A stretch of 64,000 nucleotides of DNA. Source: an uncultured Thermodesulfobacteriota bacterium (GTDB lineage Bacteria; Desulfobacterota; B13-G15). The notes under the pieces were generated by a model that did no database searches, was not told where the DNA came from, and saw nothing but the letters and a program-made list of their open reading frames with translations. The stretch is from positions 170,475 to 234,474 of the forward strand of contig CAZIZI010000001.1 in assembly GCA_964543765.1 (NCBI GenBank), read 5' to 3'. Below, one piece after another: positions 8,889 to 16,283 of this stretch; the first letter of the stretch is position 1; each line of letters opens with the position of its first letter. The position numbers and the translations under genes are program-made.

Positions 8889-9466
8889 AAAATCCTCGGT
8901 TCTTGTCCAACGATTAGGCGTTTAATGTTTGAAAAGTGGCGGATAATTATAAAAGAGGAAAGGAGGAGGGTCAAAGAAAAAAGAGATGGCGGTTCTACTT
9001 TTAATAGATAAAGAAAACAAGGTATACTTAAAGCTCCCGAGATGGAACCCAAAGAAACCTTTCTAGTGATAAGAAGGACAATCATAAAAATCCCCAAGCT
9101 TAAAACCAAAGGAAGTGGGGTAATTACCAAGTATAACCCGGTAGCAGTGGCTACGCCTTTTCCCCCTTTAAATTTAAGAAAAAGCGGAAAAAGATGACCG
9201 AAAAAGGCAGAAAGCCCAAACAAAAACCCCCATTCAGGTCCGTAAAGGCTTTTACCCACAAAGGCTGGTACACCCCCCTTGAGGAGGTCGCTTATTAAAG
9301 TCAAAAGGCCCATAGTTTTACCGGCGGTTCTCATCACATTTGTAGCTCCTATATTTCCGCTTCCCCCTTTTCGGGGATCTACGCCTTTCATTTTGGCGAA
9401 TAAGAGACCGAAAGGGATTGATCCCAAAAGGTAAAAGGAAAAAAGGAAAAATACCCGCCACCCCAT
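8885..9466 (-). CDS. plsY: glycerol-3-phosphate acyltransferase PlsY
   Basis: MGWRVFFLFSFYLLGSIPFGLLFAKMKGVDPRKGGSGNIGATNVMRTAGK is the PlsY signature. Confidence 0.9.
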   Translation of the reverse strand: MGWRVFFLFSFYLLGSIPFGLLFAKMKGVDPRKGGSGNIGATNVMRTAGKTMGLLTLISDLLKGGVPAFVGKSLYGPEWGFLFGLSAFFGHLFPLFLKFKGGKGVATATGLYLVITPLPLVLSLGIFMIVLLITRKVSLGSISGALSIPCFLYLLKVEPPSLFSLTLLLSSFIIIRHFSNIKRLIVGQEPRIF

Positions 9467-9479
9467 TTTTACCTATTAA

Positions 9480-9556
9480 TGGTCGGGATGACTGGATTTG
9501 AACCAGCGACCCCCGCGTCCCGAACGCGGTGCTCTACCAGGCTGAGCCACATCCCG
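9480..9556 (-). tRNA. tRNA-Pro (anticodon CGG), CCA encoded
   Basis: Reverse complement reads CGGGATGTGGCTCAGCCTGGTAGAGCACCGCGTTCGGGACGCGGGGGTCGCTGGTTCAAATCCAGTCATCCCGACCA; 7-bp acceptor stem CGGGATG/CATCCCG, D-arm GCTC...GAGC, anticodon loop TTCGGGA (CGG), T-arm GGTTCAAATCC; very similar to E. coli tRNA-Pro. Confidence 0.85.
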
Positions 9557-9608
9557 ACCTTTGTTAAAATTAACCAAAAATCGGTTATATGTCCAGAGGG
9601 AGGGGGGT

Positions 9609-10154
9609 TTGGAGGAAGAAAAGTACATTTACCTGTTTTTCTCAGAAGGAATAAAGGAGGTGGATTTCGAAAAAGTGAGATTTCAAATACAAAAAGAGTT
9701 CTTTCTGAAAACAATAGCTCAAATAAAAAAACTGGATCTTCGTCCTTATTATGAGAAGGGAAGAAAGCAATTTTATTCCACCTTGATCCTCAAAGAACTT
9801 CTCAAAAAACTCCCAAAAGATGCGGAAAAAGCCCTGCTCATCGTGGACGTTGATCTTTTTATACCTATTCTCACTTTTGTCTTTGGAGAGGCTCAACTAG
9901 GAGGTAAAGTTGGGATAGTATCATTAACCCGTTTAAGGCAAGAGTTTTATGGGCTTCCTTCAAACGAAGAGATTCTTCAGCGCAGGTTGATAAAGGAAAT
10001 AAAACACGAACTAGGACACACCTTTGGGCTTCTACATTGTTCATCCAGGGAATGTGTCATGTCCTTTGCTCCTAATATTTTAGCAGTCGACCAAAAGGGC
10101 ATGACCTTTTGCGCCTCTTGTAAGGATTTTCTTCTTAAGAATTTGATGCGTTGA
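9609..10154 (+). CDS. archaemetzincin-like zinc metallopeptidase (Amz family)
   Basis: C-terminal HELGHTFGLLHCSSRECVMSF...(16 aa)...CASC fits the archaemetzincin signature HExxHxxGx3Cx4CxM...CxxC; start set at TTG 9609 after GAGGGAGGGGGG RBS (ORF-track start 9561 is a TTG directly abutting the tRNA). Confidence 0.65.
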   Translation: MEEEKYIYLFFSEGIKEVDFEKVRFQIQKEFFLKTIAQIKKLDLRPYYEKGRKQFYSTLILKELLKKLPKDAEKALLIVDVDLFIPILTFVFGEAQLGGKVGIVSLTRLRQEFYGLPSNEEILQRRLIKEIKHELGHTFGLLHCSSRECVMSFAPNILAVDQKGMTFCASCKDFLLKNLMR

Positions 10155-10253
10155 AAAATTCAACAGAAGCGTTGAAAAAGCCAACGCATCTTTGACCCCC
10201 GGTTTTGACCCACTTCCCAAAAGGCTCCATATTTATTCACCTTTTTCTTTCTC

Positions 10254-10273
10254 GCTTCGGCATGCAAGTTGCT
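10254..10273 (+). promoter_or_regulatory. candidate sigma54 (-24/-12) promoter upstream of the GcvH-like / HybA-NrfD-c3 / two-component operon
   Basis: cGGCATgcaagTTGCTt matches TGGCAC-N5-TTGCW at GG (10259-60), CA, and TTGC with exact 12-nt GG-to-GC spacing; lies ~40 nt upstream of the first ORF start; an NtrC-type sigma54 activator is encoded in the same gene string. Confidence 0.3.
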
Positions 10274-10311
10274 TTTAAATAAGTGGACTTTATAAAAAGG
10301 AGGTGAAAGAG

Positions 10312-10521
10312 ATGGCAGCAGTAAAGATAGCGATACTTATAGCGGTGGGAGTTTTGGCCATAGGTTTTGTAGGGCTTGTGATCTTTTATCCTTTGCTGAA
10401 GACGCTTCAGGGTTGGCTTGAGGGCTTTAAGGTTTGGGCTTTTGGAAAAGAGGTGCCTGTTGAAGTGGGTTTAACCATAGCTGATGGAGGTGAAGAGGCT
10501 AAAGAGAATAAGGAAGAATAA
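10312..10521 (+). CDS. small single-pass membrane protein (hypothetical)
   Basis: ATG 10312 follows GGAGGTG RBS; AAVKIAILIAVGVLAIGFVGLVIFYPLL hydrophobic helix then acidic tail. Confidence 0.45.
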   Translation: MAAVKIAILIAVGVLAIGFVGLVIFYPLLKTLQGWLEGFKVWAFGKEVPVEVGLTIADGGEEAKENKEE

Positions 10522-10537
10522 GTAAGGAGTTAAAAAG

Positions 10538-11464
10538 ATGGAGAGGTTTCTGAACAAAAAGTGTCCATTCCTTGGGGAGGAGAAAGTGCTTATTTGTAGG
10601 GCATTTCCTCTTAAAAAGCCCATTCCCCTGGATAAAGTTTATGCCCAGGAGAACTTTTGCCTAAAAGGCAATTACCAGAAATGTCCCGTATATCAAGAGG
10701 TGGCAAAAGAAAAGGAGAAAAGCCCTCATGGAGTATGTCCCTTTGTGGAAGTTGAAAACGTGAGTTTTTGTAAGCTGTTTCCGGCTAAGAAACTCTCTGT
10801 TTCGGGTGTTTATGAGCTCGGAAACCCTTGTACTACTGAGAGGCATCAAGAGTGCATTCTGTTTCTTACAGTTAGTAAAGGTGATCTAAGTTTATCAACG
10901 GAAGGAAGGCCTTATGTGGATTCTAACCGTCAATATCTAAAGGGACATTTTTGGATCAAAGAGGAAAGTGAAGGATTTAAAGTAGGCCTTGATGATTTCG
11001 CCCAGTTTTTGCTCGGTTCCATAAAAAGAATCACTTTACCTCCGGAAGGAACCATCCTGAAAATAGGAGAAGAGTTTTTAACGCTTGAAACCGAAAAAGG
11101 CACTTTTCAATTGCTTTCCCCTTTGGAGGGCGAAGTACGAAGACTCAACCTTGAACTTCTCGAGCATCCTGGCCTTTTAAATGAAGAACCCTATGGGAAG
11201 GGTTGGATTTTGATCATGAAAATTTCTGGTATTCCACTTACTTTAATGTCCCCTGAAGAAGCGAAGCAAGAGCTTTCCCATAAGTTACAATGGCTTTCGA
11301 GGTTCTTGGGTTCGGAAGACACAATGGCAGATGGAGGGGAGATAACATTCGAAAGCCTTAAAACATTAGATCGTGAAAAACAGAGGGTTTTGATCGAGGA
11401 ATTGCTTTTAAAAGAAATTAGGAAGGAGGTAAAGGATGGAGCTTTATCAGTATCAATGGGTTGA
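10538..11464 (+). CDS. GcvH-like (lipoyl-carrier-type) domain protein with N-terminal duplicated 4-Cys motif
   Basis: C-terminal GHFWIKEESEGFKVGLDDFAQFLLG...LETEKGTFQLLSPLEGEV mirrors GcvH (GITDFAQ..LG; ESVKA...SPVSGEV) with the Lys retained; N-terminal has two ~45-aa repeats CPF..(9-10)..C..(19)..C..(7)..C. Confidence 0.6.
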   Translation: MERFLNKKCPFLGEEKVLICRAFPLKKPIPLDKVYAQENFCLKGNYQKCPVYQEVAKEKEKSPHGVCPFVEVENVSFCKLFPAKKLSVSGVYELGNPCTTERHQECILFLTVSKGDLSLSTEGRPYVDSNRQYLKGHFWIKEESEGFKVGLDDFAQFLLGSIKRITLPPEGTILKIGEEFLTLETEKGTFQLLSPLEGEVRRLNLELLEHPGLLNEEPYGKGWILIMKISGIPLTLMSPEEAKQELSHKLQWLSRFLGSEDTMADGGEITFESLKTLDREKQRVLIEELLLKEIRKEVKDGALSVSMG

Positions 11465-12134
11465 TTTCTTCGCCACCAAGGGTCTCAAGTATCTGTTGAT
11501 CTTGGGCTTTTGGCTTGCCCTTTTCCCCTTCTGGAGGCTCCTTATGGGACCAGTTGGCAGAGTTTCCCTTCTTGTTTCCAGGGCCATAGAGGCGCTTTAT
11601 GGATGGTTCAACTTCCCCCAGACTCTTTACTACCATCAGGGTCACACTTGGGCAAAGGTGGAGGATGGTTTGGTAAAGGTGGGGCTTGATGACTTCGCTC
11701 AGAAGCTTTTGGGAAGGCCCGATGCCATAGAACTTCCCCTTATCGGAGGAAAGGTCAGACAAGGCGATATAGGTTGGAGGATAAGGATAGAGGAGAAGAT
11801 CTTAGAGATGCTTTCTCCGGTAAGTGGAGAGGTTTTGGCCATAAACAAGAAGGTCCTTGAGGATCCAAGTCTAATCCTTAAGGATCCCTATGGAGAGGGA
11901 TGGCTTTTGAAGATTAAGCCCGATAACCCTAAGGTTGACCTTCGGAACCTCCTTAAGGGTGAGGCCTTGAAGGGATGGATCCAAGGGACCCTTGATAGGT
12001 TAAGGGAGAGGCTTGGGGGAGAGCTTGGGCTTATGTATCAAGACGGTGGTCTTCCGGTGAACGGATTTGTCCGAATGATAGATCCCCAAAACTGGGACCA
12101 AATAGCAAGGGAATTCTTAATACCTGAGGGATAA
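11436..12134 (+). CDS. membrane-anchored GcvH-like (lipoyl-carrier-type) domain protein
   Basis: N-terminal TM helix LKYLLILGFWLALFPFW; then HQGHTWAKVEDGLVKVGLDDFAQKLLG...IEEKILEMLSPVSGEV (GcvH fold signature, Lys retained). Confidence 0.6.
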   Translation: MELYQYQWVDFFATKGLKYLLILGFWLALFPFWRLLMGPVGRVSLLVSRAIEALYGWFNFPQTLYYHQGHTWAKVEDGLVKVGLDDFAQKLLGRPDAIELPLIGGKVRQGDIGWRIRIEEKILEMLSPVSGEVLAINKKVLEDPSLILKDPYGEGWLLKIKPDNPKVDLRNLLKGEALKGWIQGTLDRLRERLGGELGLMYQDGGLPVNGFVRMIDPQNWDQIAREFLIPEG

Positions 12135-12283
12135 AGGCAAAAACGAGATGTCTCCTCGTTATTACCAAAGGGAAGGTTTCGGTTTTAAACTAAGTGTTTT
12201 CTTAAGTTATCAAGAAACTTGTGCAAATTTTCACTTATGCTAAATTCTCTATATGGAAGGCTATTAAGGCATGGGAGGGGGTT

Positions 12284-13126
12284 ATGAACAGAAGGGACTT
12301 TTTAAAAGCTTTAGGGATAGGGTTAATAAGCATTGGTGTTCGGCCTATTTTGGGTAGAGCGGAGAACGAAGAGTTTACGGAGTTTATGGGAATCCTGGTG
12401 GATACAACTCGGTGTATAGGATGTAGGGCTTGTGAAGCGGCTTGTGCCGAGAGTCACGGCCTTCCCGTTCTTGATATAAATGATACCAGCGTGTTTAAAA
12501 CCCCAAGAAAACCTTCTACCCAGCAACTGACAGTGGTCAATCGTTTTGAAACGGAAAAGGGAGAGGTATTTGTCAAAACCCAATGCATGCATTGTAATCA
12601 ACCCGCTTGTGTGGCAGCTTGTTTGGTTAAGGCTTTTAAAAAACAACCGAGTGGCCCTGTTACCTGGGATAAAAACTGCATAGGTTGTAGGTTTTGCATG
12701 TACAGTTGTCCATTTGACGTTCCAAAATTTGAATATGAAAAGGCCATTCCAGAAATAAAGAAATGTGACCTCTGTTGGGATCGTTTAAAGAAGGGTATGA
12801 TTCCCGCTTGTGTAGAAGCCTGTCCCCAGGAGGCTTTGATATTTGGTAAAAGAAGGGATCTTATCCATGAAGCAAAAACAAGAATTTATAAGGATCCCGA
12901 CAGATATTATCACCATATTTACGGTGAAAATGAAGTGGGGGGCACATCTTATTTATATCTTTCTAAAGTGCCTTTTGAACAAATTGGATTCCGTACCGAT
13001 TTGGGTTATACCCCTTACCCTGAATATGCAAAGATATTCATAGAAAGTGACGATCTCGTGTACATATTATGGCCCGTTGGCATGTGGTTGGTATATGAAC
13101 TCACTAAAAAAGGAGGTAGCCAATGA
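12284..13126 (+). CDS. Tat-exported 4x[4Fe-4S] ferredoxin-type subunit (HybA/HmcB/DsrO/PsrB-like)
   Basis: Twin-arginine signal MNRRDFLKALGIGLISIGVRPILGRA; four Cys clusters (CIGCRACEAAC, CMHCNQPACVAAC, CIGCRFCMYSCP, CDLCWDR...CVEACP); start ATG 12284 after GGGGG. Confidence 0.8.
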   Translation: MNRRDFLKALGIGLISIGVRPILGRAENEEFTEFMGILVDTTRCIGCRACEAACAESHGLPVLDINDTSVFKTPRKPSTQQLTVVNRFETEKGEVFVKTQCMHCNQPACVAACLVKAFKKQPSGPVTWDKNCIGCRFCMYSCPFDVPKFEYEKAIPEIKKCDLCWDRLKKGMIPACVEACPQEALIFGKRRDLIHEAKTRIYKDPDRYYHHIYGENEVGGTSYLYLSKVPFEQIGFRTDLGYTPYPEYAKIFIESDDLVYILWPVGMWLVYELTKKGGSQ

Positions 13127-13204
13127 GCCAGAGAAGGAAAGAAGTAATAAGCTTTATATTTATCCGAACTTAAACCCAAAGGCCCGATCTTTACCCCATT
13201 TAAT

Positions 13205-14320
13205 ATGATAACAGCTCCTATCATTCTTATAGGATTAATCATAATTGCCATTAGGTTTTTTAAAGGACTAGGAGCAGTAACAAACCTTTCCCAAGAATTC
13301 CCATGGGGTTTGTGGATAGCTTTCGATGTAATGACAGGGGTTCCTTGGGCCGGTGGGGCTTTCTGTTTATGCTTTGTAGTGTACGTGGCACACTTTGAAA
13401 AATACAAGCCCATCTTGAGGGCTGCTATCCTTTCAGGGCTTTTAGGATATTCTTTTTACGCTGGAGCGTTAGTGCTTGATTTAGGTAGATGGTGGAATGC
13501 TTTTAATCCATTTATAGGAAATAAATTCGGATTTCAATCAGCTCTATGGTTGGTGGCCATCCATTTCTTACTATATACGATCTGTGAATTTATTGAGTTT
13601 TTACCTGTAGTAGCAGAGTGGTTAAACTTCCAGAGATTTAAACAATTTTTGCATTCAATTGCCTTGCCGGTTGTTATCTTGGGCATTACTTTGTCAACTC
13701 TTCACCAAGCTGGATTAGGAGCATTAGCGTTAATGGCGAAAGGTAAAATTCATCCTTTGTGGTGGTCAGAATTTACACCGGTTTTATTTTTCCTCCAAAG
13801 TATATTCGGAGGAATTGCTATGGTTATATTTGAGGGTTCTATAACACATAGAGTATTTAGTTATCGCATTCCCGAAGAAATACATGAAAAGCATTATTCT
13901 ATATTAATTGGATTGGCAAGAGGATGTGCGGGAGCCTTGTTTGCATATTTGGTTTTGAAAATTTTAATGTTCATTCATGTATACGGATGGAATTATGTCA
14001 TCTCAAAAATGGGAATATGGTATCTTATTGAGGTTATTGGTTTTGGTTTTTTACCTCTTTTTATGCTCGTTTCGGGAGTAAGGAATGAAGCTATAAATTT
14101 GATAAAAATTGCAGCATTAATGGCCATGATAGGTGTGGCAATATCTCGATTTAATTACGTGTTTATAGCTTATAAATGGTATTTACCTTTGAGCGAAAGG
14201 TATTTCCCCAGCTGGATGGAGATTTGGGTGACAGCTACCGTCGTTTTGGCTGAGATATGGGTTCTCAGATGGATAATAAACCGTATGCCTGTATATGCGG
14301 TTGAGAAGGAAGAGGAATGA
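13205..14320 (+). CDS. NrfD/PsrC-family integral membrane quinone-interacting subunit (HybB/HmcC/DsrP-like)
   Basis: 371 aa, ~10 predicted TM helices, typical NrfD-family length and hydrophobicity; immediately follows the HybA-like gene. Confidence 0.7.
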   Translation: MITAPIILIGLIIIAIRFFKGLGAVTNLSQEFPWGLWIAFDVMTGVPWAGGAFCLCFVVYVAHFEKYKPILRAAILSGLLGYSFYAGALVLDLGRWWNAFNPFIGNKFGFQSALWLVAIHFLLYTICEFIEFLPVVAEWLNFQRFKQFLHSIALPVVILGITLSTLHQAGLGALALMAKGKIHPLWWSEFTPVLFFLQSIFGGIAMVIFEGSITHRVFSYRIPEEIHEKHYSILIGLARGCAGALFAYLVLKILMFIHVYGWNYVISKMGIWYLIEVIGFGFLPLFMLVSGVRNEAINLIKIAALMAMIGVAISRFNYVFIAYKWYLPLSERYFPSWMEIWVTATVVLAEIWVLRWIINRMPVYAVEKEEE

Positions 14321-14333
14321 AGGGGGTGTGGAA

Positions 14334-14697
14334 ATGGGGCGTACGTCTGTTATTATTTTTGCAGTTATAATGGTAGCGACAGGGGGTTTTGGGTTTAGAT
14401 GTTATAAAAATTGACATCTTGAAAAACCGTTATGAAGGTGTTGAGTTTACCCATGGGGCGCACGTCGATTATGTGGGTGATTGTTCGCGATGTCATCATT
14501 TCAGCCAGGAACAAGTTAGATGCACAACTTGCCATGAGATTATCAAAGTTTATACTTACAAAGGAAGCAAAAGAGGTGCAGGTATTGGCCTCAAGGGCGC
14601 TTATCATGGTCTTTGTCTTGGGTGCCATAGGGAAATGGGAGGGCCCATTGGGTGTGAAGATTGCCATGTGCGAAAGAGGGTGAATCAGACGAGATGA
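14334..14697 (+). CDS. tetraheme cytochrome c3-type protein; signal peptide (ATG 14334) and heme domain (ORF 14389-14697) in different frames: frameshift/indel in a G5T4G3T3 run
   Basis: Frame of 14334: MGRTSVIIFAVIMVATGGFGF then stop at 14412; other frame: four CxxCH (CSRCH, CTTCH, CLGCH, CEDCH) plus His ligands; removing one base near 14385-14395 joins a Sec signal peptide to the heme domain. Confidence 0.6.
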
Positions 14698-16283
14698 GAT
14701 TTAAGTGGAAAGAGAGCTTAAGCTTTAAATTAATCATATGGGTTAGCACGGTAACCACTATTGCAATAGGGGGATTAACTTACGTTAATCTTCAAACAAA
14801 AAAGAAATATCTTATGGAAGAAGTAACCTCGCGTACTGAGCAATTAAGTGATGTGATAGTGCGAGGTCTTTGGTATGATATGTTGCACAATTACCGCGAT
14901 GCTTTATATCACTCGATAAAAGTAATAGGTGAACAAGAAGGTATAGTAAGAGTAAGAATTTTTAACAAAGAGGGCATTATCACCTATTCTTCGGATCGCA
15001 CTGAAATAGGCCATCAAGTAGATATGAAAGCTGAAGCGTGCTATGTTTGCCATGCGAGGGATAAACCTCTGGAGAGGTTAGATCTTCCAAAACGTACCCG
15101 CATTTTTAAGACTCCTCAGGGGCGAGTTCATGGGATGATAACGCCAATTTATAATGAGCCAGCTTGTTGGCAAGCTCCTTGTCACGCGCATCCGCCGGAA
15201 AAAACAGTTTTGGGAGTTCTTGACGTGGTGCTTTCCTTGAACAAGACCGACGAACGGATAAAACGCTTATTTTACAGGACTGTCCCATGGGCTGGGGTTA
15301 CCGTGGTTTTAATCTCGGTGATAATAAGCCTTTTCTTACGCGAATACGTTTATAAACCCACAAAAAGACTTTTAGAAGGGACAAAAAGGATTGCCGAGGG
15401 AGATTTTGATTATCGCATTCCTGTAACGTCGAAGGACGAATTAGGTGAGTTAACATTGGCTTTTAATGCGATGGCTAAAAGATTAAAGGAGGCAAATTTA
15501 GAGATAAAGGAACTGGTGGAGACATTGGAGACAAAAGTACAAGAAAGGACAAGGGAACTCGAGGAGATTCATAAGCAACTGTTACAAACAGAAAAACTCG
15601 CTGCCTTAGGAAAACTTGCTGCAAGTGTAGCTCACGAGATAAATAATCCATTAAGTGGAGTACTTACTTACATAAGATTAATGCAGAAAAAGCTTAATCA
15701 AACTGATGATCATGTATATTCTAAATTCAATCAATACCTTTCAACAATGGAAAGGGAAATTGAACGTTGTAGTACTATTGTGAAAAATCTTCTTGATTTT
15801 GCTCGAAAGAGGGAACCAAGTTTAAAAGAAGGCGTGGATATTAATGAGGTAATTGAGGAAACTGTAAAGCTAATTTCTAATAGGTTAAGTTTGCAAAACA
15901 TATATCTTGAAAAAGATTTGGGAGAACTTCCTCCTATTGTTGGTGATCCTGCGCAATTGCGTCAAGCTTTTTTAAATCTTATAATAAATGCTGCTGAAGC
16001 GATTCAAGACTCAACAGGTAAGATTACCGTAAGGACACGATATTTGCCCGATGAGAAAATGGTGATGGTGGAGATTTCTGATACTGGCGTAGGTATAAAA
16101 GAAGAGAATCTCAACAAGATTTTCGATCCGTTTTTTACCACAAAGGAAAAGGGCACGGGATTGGGGTTATCGGTGGTTTACGGTATAATAAGTGCTCATA
16201 AAGGACATATTTCAGTGAAGAGCAAAGTGGGTGAAGGGACGACTTTTACTATAAAACTACCGCTTGGGTTTAATGAGGCATGA
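14694..16283 (+). CDS. sensor histidine kinase with periplasmic heme-c-motif sensor domain, HAMP, HisKA, HATPase
   Basis: TM1 LIIWVSTVTTIAIGGL, periplasmic region with CYVCH and CWQAPCH (CxxCH and Cx4CH), TM2 VPWAGVTVVLISVIISLFL, HAMP, H-box AHEINNPL, N/G boxes (LIINAAEA, DTGVGI, GTGLGL); ATGA overlap with the c3 gene. Confidence 0.8.
   Translation: MRFKWKESLSFKLIIWVSTVTTIAIGGLTYVNLQTKKKYLMEEVTSRTEQLSDVIVRGLWYDMLHNYRDALYHSIKVIGEQEGIVRVRIFNKEGIITYSSDRTEIGHQVDMKAEACYVCHARDKPLERLDLPKRTRIFKTPQGRVHGMITPIYNEPACWQAPCHAHPPEKTVLGVLDVVLSLNKTDERIKRLFYRTVPWAGVTVVLISVIISLFLREYVYKPTKRLLEGTKRIAEGDFDYRIPVTSKDELGELTLAFNAMAKRLKEANLEIKELVETLETKVQERTRELEEIHKQLLQTEKLAALGKLAASVAHEINNPLSGVLTYIRLMQKKLNQTDDHVYSKFNQYLSTMEREIERCSTIVKNLLDFARKREPSLKEGVDINEVIEETVKLISNRLSLQNIYLEKDLGELPPIVGDPAQLRQAFLNLIINAAEAIQDSTGKITVRTRYLPDEKMVMVEISDTGVGIKEENLNKIFDPFFTTKEKGTGLGLSVVYGIISAHKGHISVKSKVGEGTTFTIKLPLGFNEA

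Noticed and set aside
9469-9754. ORFs 9469..9714(-) and 9479..9754(+) overlapping the tRNA-Pro locus
   Set aside because: They run through a well-formed tRNA gene and use non-ATG starts; the tRNA call explains the region.
10150-10195. Inverted repeat GATGCGTTG...CAACGCATC after the archaemetzincin gene as a terminator
   Set aside because: The 9-bp stem encloses a ~28-nt loop and is not followed by a T-tract. It may be a protein-binding palindrome or a weak terminator, but I could not support a specific call.
14395-14683. ORFs 14395..14667(-) and 14432..14683(+) overlapping the cytochrome c3 gene
   Set aside because: The c3 frame carries four CxxCH motifs; the alternatives have no motifs.
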